From the NCBI RefSeq assembly GCF_018977255.1, contig NW_024704743.1:40116001-40180000 (forward strand): a stretch of 64,000 nt of DNA. The letters are read 5' to 3'. The notes under the pieces were generated by a model that saw nothing but the letters and a program-made list of their open reading frames with translations, was not told where the DNA came from and did no database searches. Positions 50,448-63,951 of the stretch are shown here, one piece after another. Made by a program: the position numbers and the translations under genes. This DNA comes from Callorhinchus milii (lineage: Eukaryota). Position 1 is the stretch's first letter. Every line of letters starts with the position of its first letter.

Positions 50448-50962
50448 AAACAACAACAACAAGATTGTATTTATAGAGCGCCTTTCACGATGGGAGAACA
50501 TCCCAAGGTGCTGGACAGTTGGGTTGGGACCCGAGCCGGGGGGAACTGGTCAGGATGAGGGGAGGGAAGGGAGGGACGAGAAGGGGGTAGAGAGTTGAGA
50601 GCGGAGGTGAAGGCACGGTTGAAGAGAAAGGTCTTGAGACCGGCCTTGAAGGAGGAACGGGAGGAAGCGGCGAAGGCACTGGGGAATGGAGTTCCAGAGC
50701 CTAGGAGCTGAGAGGCTGAAAGCCCGGCCACCGATGGTAGGGCGGTTAGGGCGGGGGATATGGAGCAGACCAGAGCCAGAGGAACAGAGGGTACGGGCAG
50801 GTAGGTAGGTGGATAGAAGGTCGGAGAGGTAGGAGGGAGCAAGGCCGTGAATGGCCTTGTAGGTGAGGATGAGGATCTTGAATTCGATCCTCTGGGAGAT
50901 GGGGAGCCAGTGGAGGCGAGCGAGGGTGGGAGTGATGTGGTCGCGTAGCCTCGTGCGGGTTA
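50448..50962 (-). mobile_element. L2 3' fragment, low divergence
   Basis: (CAA)n GATTGTATTTATAGAGCGCCTTTCACGATGGGAG; minus strand encodes HITPTLARLHWLPISQRIEFKILILTYKAIHGLAPSYLSDL. Confidence 0.92.
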
Positions 50963-52532
50963 AGTAAAGTCAGAACACACAACTCTTAGTACAGCTCTAA
51001 AAGGACACAATATTGTATAATTAATAACAGAACTCATTATCTACCAAGCATGGTTTTAATCTACAGTCTGAATAGCAAATAGTGAGTCCTACTCACAACC
51101 AGAAGTGTGTCACGCTAACCCACAGAAAGTCCAGTGGCATCACAAACACATGTTGGTTTGACACACATGTAGTTCGGGCAGGATTCTCAGTTTGAGGTTT
51201 GGATCAGAGGTAAAAATAATAATCCTTGCATTTGATATATCGCTTTATTACATCATTGAGATATCTCAAAGCATTTCAAGAATATACTGTATATATACTG
51301 TAAAGTAACTGTATATTTTGTGGGCAAGATCAATAAAGCACCACAAATTAGACCCCCATCATTCTCGCTAAAGCTGAGGAATTGAAAAAGATCATTTCGG
51401 GGCAGTGGGTAGTATGCTCTCGGGCATCAGAACTGAGGCATAAGGTTGAGGAAGAGTAGAAGCATACAACTATGTCAACATATATTATATCTGATCAGAT
51501 GAATGCATGATACTAAGGATTTGGTCGCAGCACAGATTCACTAAACATTTTTTGGTTCCCTCTCCATTTTTCCTTTTGTTTGTTTTCTTCAATAGGCTGC
51601 CACATTGACCTACAAAGTACACTGTACCTACAATTTTACAGTATAACCTGTAAAGTTATTTGAGACATCCTCCCGATGTGAAAGCCACAATATCAAATGC
51701 AAGGATTATTTTTACTTTTAATTTTTTCCATTCTGCTTCTGTCCCTTTCAATCCACAGCCCCTTATTTCTGATCTGCACATCTTTTGCTAAAAGTTCGAC
51801 ATAGATATCATTACACTGAAGTCACAATTATTACAGGGATTTTAAAATTAATTCTTTATGTTTGTTTAAGTAACTTTTGGGGTTCACTTAGAGATATTTA
51901 TCACATTGAATGGGAGGGACACTGACCCACTCCCTCCCTCAACCTCAACTCTCTCATTGCTGTTGTTTTCTCTGCCACATTAGATTTCTGGCTCACAGTT
52001 TGTGGCATTCAACTGCTATCTCATGAGATTCAAGCTCTATTTATTGTATCCTGGCCAACAATGCCCCAAATAAAACTCATCATTCACTTCATGACTGTTT
52101 GTAGGATATTGCTATGCAAATTGGCTGTAGCGTTCTCTGACAGTCACTATACTTTACACTGTACACTGTGAAGTGCTTTCGCGATATCCTTCTGATGTGA
52201 AAGGTACATTGAATGTAAGTATGATTATTATGTAAAATCCAGCGAGTAGAATAATTAGTTCTAAACCCTGAAGCACTCAGTGAGATAACAAACAACAGCG
52301 CAGGTTTTGAAAATTATATCCTGCTTGCTGGAACAGTGACCAGCCTGTTACAAGAGGTGATTTCCAGGAACATTGCAAAAGATTCCATGAATGAAAAGGT
52401 CTTGACTGCTTTTTTTTTAACAGATTGCGTCAGAAATGGCACTTGACATAAAATTGACTGCCGCGTTTCACCCGCAAAATACAGTCAATCCACTTTACTA
52501 TATATTTTGTTAAGCGCTTTGAAATGTCTTAA

Positions 52533-55500
52533 CCACCCGAGCTGCTACCCCAAAGTGCTCCCACCTCTGTCCTTTACCGTCCATTAATCCCGCTCGGTCT
52601 TCATCTCCAACCGCCCTCCTCGACTCTTATCCCTGCTCAACCATCCCACAGCCTCCCTCTGCTCCAGCCTGTGAATCCTCCTTCGGGCCCACCATGGCAG
52701 ACGCCAATAGATGTCCAACAGCAGACACTCTTGACTGCCCTAACCCCTAATCTCATTGCAAAGTCCCTGACCACTGGGGGGGCAACTTCTCCTCCCTCAT
52801 CCCCATCCCCACCATCTCTGTCAGTCTTCCCCCATGCCCCCCACATTCCACCACCAAATATCCCCTCTGCATCGGCCTACAAAATGTCCGCTCCCTCAAC
52901 AATAAAACACTCACCATCCAAGACATCATTGTCGACGAAAAAATCAACATCCTCACCCTCACAGAACGCTGGATCACTCCAGGTGACACCTTCCCCGTGA
53001 TAGAGGCCACATCACCCGGCTACACCTTTCATCATACCCCATGACCTAACCGCTGTAGTAGTGGTGTGGCTCTCATTTCCCGGTCCCCACTCGGTCTATT
53101 CCCTTACTCCTCTGTAACATTCCCCTCCTTTGAGCACCTTATCCTTTGTCAGCCCTCCAACCTTTCCTTCAAAATTCTCCTTATCTGTTGCCCCCCAAGC
53201 CTCCCCCACCTTCATCTCCGACATTTTCACTCTCCTATCTTCCCTCTACCTCTGCTCCGAATGCCTCCTAATCCTAGGCGACTTCAACCTTCACTTCATC
53301 CCCTTCTGCTCTACCTCTGCTGACTTCTACTCCCTTATCTCCTCCCTCAATCTCTCTTTCCACATGCACTCCGCCCACCCACATCCACGGTCACCCCCTC
53401 TACCTGGTAATCACTCAGAGCCACATCGTCTCGGACCTCACCACCATCGACAAAGCGATCTCAGACCATCACTTCATCTCTCTTAACTCCTCAACCCTCT
53501 CCCCGCTGCCACCCAATCCACCTCCATCTCCTACCGGCCCTTGGAAAAAAATCTCCCGCTCCCCTCCTTCTTGGTTGCCTTGGGAGTCATCTGAACTCCT
53601 TCCCCTGTGGATTTCCTCCCCCAATAACCTATCCTCCTCGGTCACTCGTCTCCACAGTTCCCTCTCCTCCACTCTTGATTCCCTTCTTACACTTTCTTCC
53701 TGAACTGTCACCTATTCATGTAAGTCACCATGGAACACCAGCTACCTCTGCTCTGTTAAGACACAGTTGCGTGCCGCTGAACGCACCTGGCTTAAATCGA
53801 ACTTAACGGTCCATCGGCAGATCTGGCCGGACCTTATCAAATCCTACAGCTCCGCCCTCGCCTCTGCAAAATTGTTGTTCTACTCCAAGACAACCTCAGC
53901 CTCCTTTTCTTCATCTCCAACCAACTCCTCCACCCACCCTCTTACTATCCTCAACTCCAATGCCAACTGTGAGGCGATGCTGGACTTCCTCCAATCCAAA
54001 ATTGAGGGGATCCGCCCAGCTGCCTCTGCCCTCCCGTCTACTACACTCTCCCCATCTCCAACTGCCACACTGACCCCTACCCAACCCTCCCCCACACATT
54101 TGAACCTGTCTGCCACTCCTCTCTCATCACCACTATAACCCACATGAAACCGACCACCTGCTCTCTCAACCCCATTCCTACCACTCTCCTTACTTCCCAG
54201 CTCCACATCCTTGCCCCTCTACTCACACATCATAAAACTCTCACTGTCCTCTGGCATCATTCCCACCACTTTCAAAATTGCCGTCATCACTGCTATCCTT
54301 AAAAAAAAACTACCTGGACCCATCTCTACTCTCAAATTACTGCCCCATCTCCAATTTCACTTTCCTATCCAATGTCCTGGAATGAGCTGTTGCTTCCCAG
54401 TTTTGCTCCTTCCTCATCTGCCATTCGCTTCATGAACCCCGTCAATCGAGTTTCCGTGCCGCCCACAGCAAAGAAACAGCCCTGGTCAAAGCGACAAATG
54501 ACATTCTGTCCATCTGCGACCAGGGCTCCCTCTGCCTCCTCGTCCTCCTTGACCTCTCTGCTGCCTTCAACACCATCAATCACTCTCTCCTCATCCACCT
54601 CTTCTCCTCTCACCTCAACCTTCACAGCTCTATACTTGATTGGTTCAGATCGTACCTCTCGCACCTCCTCCACTTCAGCTTCACAAATGGCTTTTCCTCT
54701 AGCTCCTGCACCGTCTCATGCAGCGTTCCTCAGGGCTCTGTCCTTGGTCGCCTTCTCTTCAATATCTATATGCTCCCTCTTGGTGACATCATCCACAGAC
54801 ATGGAGTCAACTTCCACATGTATGCGGATGATACCCAACTCTACCTCTCTGGCTCCATCCTTGACTCCAGGACCACTACTGTCCTGAATGGCTCCCGTTA
54901 GCGCCTCAGGCGCTGACAGCATCACCATCCATGTTTGCACACGCCATCTTACTAAGCCAGTCCGGAACCTTGGAGTCTTGTTGATCCTCAACTATCCTTT
55001 GTACCCCACATCTATGCCATGACCCACCTCCACAACATTGCCCAGATCCACCACTGTCTCACACCGCAGACCGCCGAAACCCTCATACACTCTTTCAATA
55101 CATCAAGGTTTGACTTTGCAAACTCCTTGCTTGTCAGCTTCCCTATCTTCTCTCTCCATAGGCTGCAGATCATCCAGAACTTTGCAGCCCATGTCCTGTC
55201 CCGCACCAGGCTCCGTGACCCTATCACCCCTATCCTCGCCCAACTCCACTGGTTTCCCATCACACAGAGAATACAGTACAAAATCCTGGACCTAACCTTC
55301 AAAGCCCTCCATGGTCTTGCTGCCCCCTACTTCTGCGACCTTCTAACCTCCTACCATCCTGTCCGCTTGCTCCGTTCAGCGGGATCCATCCTGCTTCACG
55401 TCTCCCGCCTTGCTCACCCCACCATTGGCGGGCGGTCCTTCTGTCACTCTGCCCCCACCCTCTGGAATTCCATCCAACGGACTCTCTACCTCACCCACTC

Positions 55501-55796
55501 CCTTGCCTCCTTCAAGACCCACCTCAAAATCGTTCTCTTCGACCATGCTTCCGATCACCCTTCGACACCCGTTGACCACTCTATTCTCATCCACCACCTC
55601 TCCTCTCACCTCGATCTTCACAGCTCTGTCCTTGACTTGCTCAGATTGTACCTCTCACAACTCTTCCACTTCATCTTCACAAATGGCTTTTCCTCTAGCC
55701 CTTGACCATCCCGACCCCCAGCTCAGGTCTAAAACTCTGACTGTCTAGCATCTTTAGGACGTTCTCCTGATGTATTGTAATTTTGTTGTTGTGTTG
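52533..55796 (+). mobile_element. Near-complete L2 LINE ORF2 copy (APE plus RT), frameshifted, inserted in a SINE tail
   Basis: IGLQNVRSLNNK..TLTERW, LILGDFN and SDH (APE); LLDLSAAFNTI and [10 protein letters not shown] (RT); RLQIIQNFAAH and LHWFPITQRIQYK; tail (TTG)n. Confidence 0.95.
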
Positions 55797-56529
55797 TAAT
55801 ATCAAGTGCAAGGATTATTGTTATTATTATCATATTATTATTATTATTGTCAACGACAGGGATATCTGCACAAGGACACTGGTTATAGGGTCAGGTCCAA
55901 GCCTCTGTAGTATAATATTCTGATCTATTGGACTTCCAACTTTACCTTGTTATGGCTAGTGTAAACTCAACTCTTCACATTAATTTGATGTGAAAGTCAT
56001 GTTGAGTTGAAGTGAAATGTAGAGTAAAATTTGGTATATGACATTCAATCATCAAGGGATTCGGGCTGGAGCCGAGCTACTGAGACCATCTTTAGAAAGC
56101 AGCTTCACCAGGAAAATCAATTTGCAGCACTGCAGTTTAAATGCAAGTGGTGTTAATCGATCCATCCTGCGCTCAAAAATAACGCCTTCAAAGTTTTTAG
56201 GGCACCTATAAGCCAATAACAACTTTTGAGTCACTCACATAAAAAAATATTGCTCAAAGAGCTTCACAGAGATTGAACAGAAGTCTGAGCAAGGTGAAAG
56301 ATTGTAGAGGGTATAGAAAGGAGGTGATCAAAGGCACAGTGAGAGGTTGTTAGTAGCGTTTTGAAAGCAGATAGGGAGAATGCAAGGCAAAGGGTTGTCA
56401 GGAGAGTTCCAGAGTGTGGGAGCAGCTTAAGGTTTATCCCAAGGACTATTGAGGGACCATTTTTATATCGTTAATACTCAGAAAATCATGAAAGTCTGCT
56501 GAAAACATTCATAATAGCGATCAAAAAAG

Positions 56530-56790
56530 ATTGGACAGGTTAGAATTTTTCCCTTTGGAGAAGGGACAGTTGAGAGAGGCCAATGATTGATGTGTTTAAA
56601 ATTATGAAAGGATTTGATCATCTGAACATTAATAGGTTGTTTCTATTTGTTTTTACTTGAGTCCAAAATCCATACTGTGGTAGAGTTATGTACACATGTT
56701 ATGTACAGATCCAGGTCATGTTTTAAGGTGATGCAGTTAGCTAATTGATTGACACAAAAACTGTTCTGAGAGCATGTGAGCGAAGAACAT
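56530..56790 (+). mobile_element. Degraded CR1 fragment
   Basis: TTTTCCCTTTGGAGAAGGGACAGTTGAGAG..ATGATTGATGTGTTTAAAATTATGAAAGGATTTGAT (MIDVFKIMKGFD). Confidence 0.65.
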
Positions 56791-58909
56791 TTGACAGAGG
56801 AAAAAGTAAAATAATTGTATATATGTATGTTTTTTTTAATAGAAATACCCTTTATTCCCCATGTTGAATTCATTAGTAAAAATACCAACCAGGTGCCATT
56901 TGCATATCCTAATAATAATAAATAGTAATATAATGCTTATATTTGACATACATCAGTTCAAGTGTTTCACAGTATTTACTGTAGAATGTAGTGAATGCAT
57001 ATTTCTAAGTGAATGTGGCAGACAATTTGCACACCGTAATGTCCCACAAACAGCCATACAGTGATTTGGCAGTCAAATGTTTAACACCATTCAATGCAAA
57101 ATAGATCTCTGTACAGGATCTTTGTTACAAATAGTCAGAATGCCAGCCGAAAGAATGACACAAAGCTGATAAGATACCAGATAACGTGCAGGTTGTCAAA
57201 CCTGTCATTTCTGAGTGTGGAAATCAATAAAAACTCGAAACAAGGAACTTTACCAGTAACAACCCAGCATCTCCTTAGTGTATTTGAAATAAACAAATGT
57301 GCTATCCAGGGTTACTTCCCCCCAAATGTCATCCTGTCAAGTAAATGTGTCTAATCAAGTTTCTTGATTCACAAAATTCTATTTTAAGAAAGCCTTGATA
57401 GTTTGGTGACACATCAAAGAGCCTTAAAATGTCTTTCAAGTAATTATGATAATAATTACATCTGTTGAGATGTACTGATGACAACCATCTAATTGTTGCA
57501 TTACTTACCCAGCAATTACAGGAAAATTAGTTTAAAAGCTTGGCACACCAATTAAGCATTTTTTGCATGCATTAATAAGATGCGAGTGGTAAAGAGGAAT
57601 TGTTAAAAGAAAAACAACAATTATTTAAACCATTTATTGAGAGTGATTAAGCCATAACTCTCCTAAGATGCTTCCTCACATCGCACAATTTCTAAAAGAA
57701 GGTATTAGGTAAAAAGAAGGGATTTTTTTATTGGTTTGAAATTCTGGAAATGACTGTACTTCATCAAAACTGAGAAACGTCAGGAAACAAACTGTGTTGT
57801 GCTGTAAAACAAAATCATAGTATGTTTTTGTGTTAGTGAGAAGCAGCTGGAGAAATGCAAATTTTGATCTTAAAGTATTCGGTGGAATATTTGGAGAGAA
57901 TCTAGGGACTTAATTCAGTGTACATTTTGAAGGTTTTTCATCTGTTACACTTTTCACGTATTTTCTTGCCAAGTATTGTTGCCAGGTTTGACTGACACAG
58001 TTAGGTATAGGAAAGCAATTTATTGTACCTGAAAGGTGCAACATAAGTGCAAGGTGCTCCTCTTGAAAGGAAGCTTCTGTCACAAAGCAAGTTAGCCGAA
58101 GGATACACTCTAATAAAACGCCATCCATATTCATAAATATGTACTCTTATACCTGGTTTGGGGCCTTATTTTGTTTAAAAATACATTTTAAAAATGTACT
58201 GAATGATGTCTGCCTACTGATTGTTATAATTAGCTCCACACTCCTGTGTTTCCAACAGCTAGTGAGATGAGAATTGGGAAGACATGCTGACTCCTTGCAT
58301 TTTCCTTGAATATTTGCTGCAAAAAACATCCCACAAACCTATTCATGGATTGCCCTTTACAGCTGTATTTACATGCCAGCGCTACAACTGACAGACTCCC
58401 TCTGTAGCACTATGTGTTCTGGGATGTAATCTCATCCAGCTGGATACCACTTTGCAGACTCTTTGAAAGAGATCAGAACATCTGGTGAAAGGCATATTGA
58501 GTAATAGGAAAAAGTTAAAGGTTGAAGCCAACACAAATGGTACAAACTGAATGTACAGGAGTCCAGGAGGACTATGCTACGTACGTTCTTGTTGCTCAGC
58601 AGTAAACAGGTTTATGAATATTTATTTTTGCATTTGTATTAAATAAAAATGTTGCTTCCTCAACTATGTCCTTTGTGTCAGTAATGAGTGCTGTGGTTGT
58701 CTGGCTGTGTCCTGCAATATATTCAACCCTGGGGGAAGGAGTTGCATTGAACATAAACATCCAGTCCAGGTCCATAATCCCCAAACCCAGGACATTTTTG
58801 GTTGACCAGGTGTCTGACAACATGGGATCCAACACCATGCTTGACACAATCCAAACTGAAAGAGTTTGCACATAAATATCCCATCCACTTCCCTTCTAAA
58901 AGAAAAGTC

Positions 58910-59262
58910 TCTTGGCCAACAACCCCCCCCAAAACAAATGTATCACTCAATTCATGTCTGTTTGCGGGACATTGCGGTGTGCAAGTTGGCTATTGTGTTC
59001 ATCCACAAAACATGATACTCATATCACTGCAGTGCGCAACTGTCTGCCGCGTTCCACCCACAAATATACAATCAATTCATTTTACAGTTTATTCTGTGAA
59101 ATGCTTTGAGACATCTAGAAGATGTGAAAAGCACTATATCAAATGCAAGGATTATTATTATTATTATTAAACACACAGTCACTGTGTTTTGCAGTGTATC
59201 CTGTGAAGCATATTGAGATATCCTCCTGACCTGAAAGGCATGTAAGAATTGCTATTATTATA
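58910..59262 (+). mobile_element. Nested SINE 3' fragments (young SINE tail about 59025-59170 within an older SINE)
   Basis: Two successive TTGGCT/CTGCCGCG..CCACAAA segments and two tails (AAATGCAAGGATTATTATT; GAGATATCCTCCTGACCTGAAAGG). Confidence 0.7.
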
Positions 59263-60414
59263 GAAATTGCCCTTTGTAATGGAATATACACTTTCTCCCT
59301 GGAGGCAATACTCAGGCTGAGGTGTGGATGGCAGGGAAATAAGGAACAACAAGGTGCATATTTATTTTGTTTTGAAATTAGGAGGAGATAAAGTTCCTTT
59401 TGAAAAATATTTAAGGCGCTGCACCATTAGTGTGGACACCCATGGGCTCTATGTATTCATGACAGAATTGTACTTTAGCTAGGTTGAAATTATGTGGCAT
59501 AATTCACAGGATTCTTATAAGAAAACAAGTGCTGTCATTTTTTTTATTTCACTGAGGAAAATTCAATTACGATCCTAAAGTTTTCATTACAGTATTCAGA
59601 AAGTATCTATGTACCCAATTTAAATGCAGACTGGTGTCAGCTTCATTGCATAACTTAAAACAGTGAAAGCAGCACAAATACCATCAAACTGTGGAATACA
59701 TTTCTGTATCAACTGAAATAAGCACTGCAGTATGATTATGCCAATAGTCTACATTTGCTTTGGTTAATAAAGTCATCATTTGCACTGCCCTTGGCCACTC
59801 ATCACAGTTTCTTTGTTGAGAATATCACAAACATTTGATTGGAAGCCAGTTATAACTTTACCATTGTCTAAAATGCAATTGTGATGATTTACTGTCAGCA
59901 AAGAGTTATAGACATTTCTGCAAAGAATATTCACACATCATCACATTGTGCTATTTTCTCTCTTTAATTAACTAAAAAAAACAGAAAATTGTCACTGAAA
60001 CCACTGCAATTAATTGTGAGAAATTGTCTACTATACTGTTTTTCAGCACAACAAATAGGTACAGGAGGGTAATATTATGCAGCGTTTGACATTTTATTTA
60101 GAATAACGATCAATATCTGCAAATAGTGACCTTTAGCGTTTTGAATTAATCATTTTTACTTATTTTAATAGAACATCATCAAAATAATTTTTCTTAAAAA
60201 AACTTCACGTTTCCTCATTATTTTTATTTCATTATTAGCCCCATTTTCCTGCACCACTCTTGTCTCCAACTCCCAGTTCAGTGCAAATTCTTGACTGTCC
60301 AGCCCTGGGGGATCCTCCGATGTTAACGGGTTCTATATGAATGTAATTTGTTGATGTTATTGTTATTAATAATTATTGCATTGATTTTCATTCATTTCTT
60401 CTCCCTTTTCTACC

Positions 60415-61420
60415 ATAATCTTTCATCTCATCAAATGGTTTCTCCTCTAGCCCCCGGATCGTCTCGTGTAGCGTTCCTCAGGGCTCTATCCTTGGTCCCC
60501 TCCTGTTCAACATCTATATGCTCCCACTTGGTGACGTCATCCGCAGACATGGGGTCAACTTCTACATGTATGCAGATGACACCCAACTCTACATCTCTGG
60601 CTCCACCCTTGACTCCAGGACCACTGCTGCCCAGACAGAATGTCTGTCAGACATCAACAACAACAACAAGATTACATTTGTGTAGCTCCGTTCATGTCGG
60701 GAGGACATCCCAAGGCGCTGGATGAGAGCTAACTTCTTCAGTTGAATGTCAACAAAACTGAGGCTCTCCTGATTGGCTCCCGTCAGCGCCTCCCAATGTC
60801 AGGCAATGTCACCATCCATGGTTATACACTCCACCTTGCTAAGCCAGTCCGGAAGCTTGGGGTCTTGTTTGTCCCTCAACTATCCTTTCTATCCCACATT
60901 TACGCCATGACCCGCTCTGCCTTCCCCCACCTCCGCAACATCGCCCGGATCCAACACTGTCTCACACCGCAGGCCGCCGAGACCCTCGTACACGCTTTCA
61001 TTACATAGAGGCTTGACTATGCAAACTCACTGCTTGTTGGCCTCCCCAACAACTCCCTCCACAGGCTATAGATTATCCAGAGCTCTGCAGCCCGTACCCT
61101 CTCCCGCACCAGGCTCCACGACCCTATCACCCCCATCCTTGCCCAACTCCACTGGCTTCCCATCACACAGAGGATACAGTTCAAGATCCTGGTCCTCACC
61201 TTCAAAGCCCTCTATGGTCTTGCTCCCCCTATCTCTCCGACCTCCTAACCCCCTGCAATCCTGTTCACTCCCTCCGCTCAGCGGGCTCCGGCCTGCTTCA
61301 CGTCCCCCGCCATGCTTGTCCCATATCGGCGGGTGGGTCTTACGCCACTCTGCACCCTCCCTCTGGAACTCCATCCTCACAACGTGAAAGGCTCTATATA
61401 AATGTAATTTTGTTGATTTT
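60415..61420 (+). mobile_element. L2 RT-to-tail fragment carrying an antisense L2 tail insertion (about 60655-60722)
   Basis: [41 protein letters not shown]; 3' UTR shortened before ACGTGAAAGGCTCTATATAAATGTAATTTTG. Confidence 0.92.
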
Positions 61421-61786
61421 GTTTGCTCCCTTTCACCCAATATACAGCTCTACTGCAAAATGCTAAGGTTAGCTATCCAGCCAGATACTAGCCAAACACA
61501 CTGACAGAACAAACTGGTGTCAGTCAAGGATGGAATGGGAGTCCTTCAATACTCGACTTTTATTAGGCATTGAAACAGGATTCTTTCCTCATAAACTCCA
61601 GTTTTCAACTCAAATAATAATAATAGCTATAAAGCAAGCCGATATGTTCACAAAGGTCAGTCATTTTGTTTTCATTTTAAACTTGATTGATATTTAATGT
61701 GAAATCCCACATTCACTGACTCACAGGGCAGCTCAGCAAATAACATTATTTACCACAACAGGTTATTCTCCAAGCAGTACTCACAC

Positions 61787-62142
61787 ATAATAATAACAAT
61801 AATAATAATAATAATAATAATCCTTGCATTTGATATCCTTGTCACATCTTCGAGACGTCTCAAAGTGCTTCACAGAATATACTGTAAAGTGAATTGACTG
61901 TATATTGTGGGCGAAACATGGCCGCCAAGCGCACACAGCAGTGTCCCACAAACAGTCATAGTTGAATAACCAAATTATTATTGAATTAAAAATTTTTTTA
62001 AGGAATTATTATCCTTGGAAAAGCGATCCGCCAATCAACTAACAATTGGGTTCCTACTTTACTGCTAGGTAAACAAAGGCATGTGTTGTAAGGAAATTTG
62101 CCTAACATTTCACCCTGCCCAAGAATCGAACCCAGGTCCTCT
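61787..62142 (-). mobile_element. Young SINE, long (CORE-like) form, head partly lost
   Basis: (TAA)n tail; GAAAAGCGATCCGCCAATCAACTAACAA..TTACTGCTAGGTAAACA; GAATCGAACCCAGGTCCTC (B box complement). Confidence 0.88.
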
Positions 62143-62514
62143 ATTTTATTCTCAGATTTAACGTTGGCCGTTTGTCACCATTTGGAACTTTTCTCTGTAT
62201 GAGTGCCTTTGTGATACAATGTAGACAAGCTTTTTTCTTTCCAGCTTGTTAAGTATCCCCCTACCAAGAAAAAACATAAAAGTAATGAAGCTAGCTGTTA
62301 AATCACAGGAAAGAGTGAATTGTCATCTTATCTGTGCCTTACAATCTCATGATACACATTAAATTGCTGGTTCTGTGGTTGAAAGTGAAATCATTAGGTC
62401 TGAGTGAAAGCTACTGATCAGCTTGAGCAGCACAGGCTAAAGTGCACTGAAGATAATGCAGATTCACTGGTATTCCTGATGCAATGCACAGGAATGGTAG
62501 TGAATCTGCATTTG

Positions 62515-62945
62515 GTACCACTCAGTTGGTAGCACTTTCGCCTTCAAGGCAGAAGGTTCTGTGGATTCAAGCACCAATTCAGGATTTAGACTATGAAGTC
62601 AAGGCTGACATTGTGAAGCAGTGGTGGGAGCATGCCTCATTTTTGGAAGTGCCATTTTTCAGATGAGACATTGAACCAATGTTAGCTTGTTCAGATGGAT
62701 GTTAAACGATATCATGGCACTATTCTAATACAGGAGGGAATTTTTCCAGAAGTCCCAGGAGTTCAGGCCAACAATCACCCAAATTAAATTGGTTATTCAC
62801 TCCAAGCCTGTTTGTGGGACAATATTGTGCACAAATTAGCTGTCATAATTACCTATAAAATACAGTCACTCCACTTAACAGTATATCCTATGAAGCACTT
62901 TGACATTTTCTACTCATGTGAAAGGTTTTATATCAAATGGATGCA
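62515..62945 (+). mobile_element. Deu-domain SINE, full length, degraded
   Basis: CTCAGTTGGTAGCAC..CAGAAGGTTCTGTGGATTCAAG head; TTCAGATGAGACATTGAACCAA Deu core; shared tail. Confidence 0.8.
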
Positions 62946-62948
62946 ATA

Positions 62949-63265
62949 TAATAATAATAATCCTTGCATTTGATATAGCGCTTTTCACGTCGGTAGGACA
63001 TCCCAAAGCGCTTCACAGAACACACTGTAAAGTGAATTGACTGTATATTTGTGGGCAAACGCGGCAGCCAATTGCGCACAGCAATGTCCCACAATCAGTC
63101 GTAGATTGAAAATGACCAATTTATTATTGTTTTTGGTTTTGGAGGGATTATTATTAAGCTCTGTGTGGAGTAAGGAAACTTGCCCCAGGTTTCGCCCTGC
63201 CTGGAATTGAACTCAGGTCTCTCGCTTGCAAAGCGAGTGCTCTAACCACTGAGCTACAGGACTCC
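62949..63265 (-). mobile_element. Young tRNA-Ala-derived SINE (short form), full length
   Basis: Near-identical to 8883-9209; head ends GAGCTACAGGACTCC. Confidence 0.92.
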
Positions 63266-63944
63266 ATAATTACAATTAAAGTGCAATGTAAAATGCAAGG
63301 ATTAATGTGTCATTATTGTTTAATCATTTTTTTAAAAGAGGAAGGAGTTTTGCTTATTATATTGTACTGTATTTAAGTGTGATTCATTTGTTTAGACATA
63401 GAATTTTGACTCGGATCAGTTTTATAAAATGCTATTTTTGGAGTTGCAGGAGTTTAATTCAGATATTTATGCTTTTTTCTTTAAAAATAATTAATTTGGG
63501 TCAATTTATAATGTAGAAAATGAAAAGAAAATTACATCAAAGCTTGCCTTTATGGATAATTCAGTTTTCTGTTCAAAATATTAATTAATACTTGAGAATT
63601 GCAATACAATGAATATGAAAACAAGGGCTCATCCACTTTTTTTTTAACAATGACTGGAATACTTATTCATTCATAGAAAAAGAGTTTTCCTGCAATGACT
63701 TAAACTTCTTAAGATTTACTTTAACCACTTTGAGATGGCTGCCTGAAATAAATATATAAATGTATATTGTTGTTGTTTTATTATGCACCTATGTTTTTTT
63801 TCAAATCGCCGGTAATGAATATTTCCTTTCCAGACATTTAACTTCGATGTGTAATTATTTATGTAAACTTTTCCTTTTCCTTAAACCATTATTAATTAAC
63901 CAATTTTCTTTGATTTTTCTCCGCTTTCTCTCCTGAATCCTAAG

Positions 63945-63951
63945 AGTCCTG
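63945..63951 (+). other. Candidate microexon (AGTCCTG) of an unidentified host gene
   Basis: About 110-nt AG-free zone, TTAAC branch-like motif, long pyrimidine tract, acceptor TAAG| and near-consensus donor CTG|GTGAGT. Confidence 0.35.

Noticed and set aside
58596..58950. Overlapping short ORFs on both strands
   Set aside because: No recognisable domain or splice boundaries
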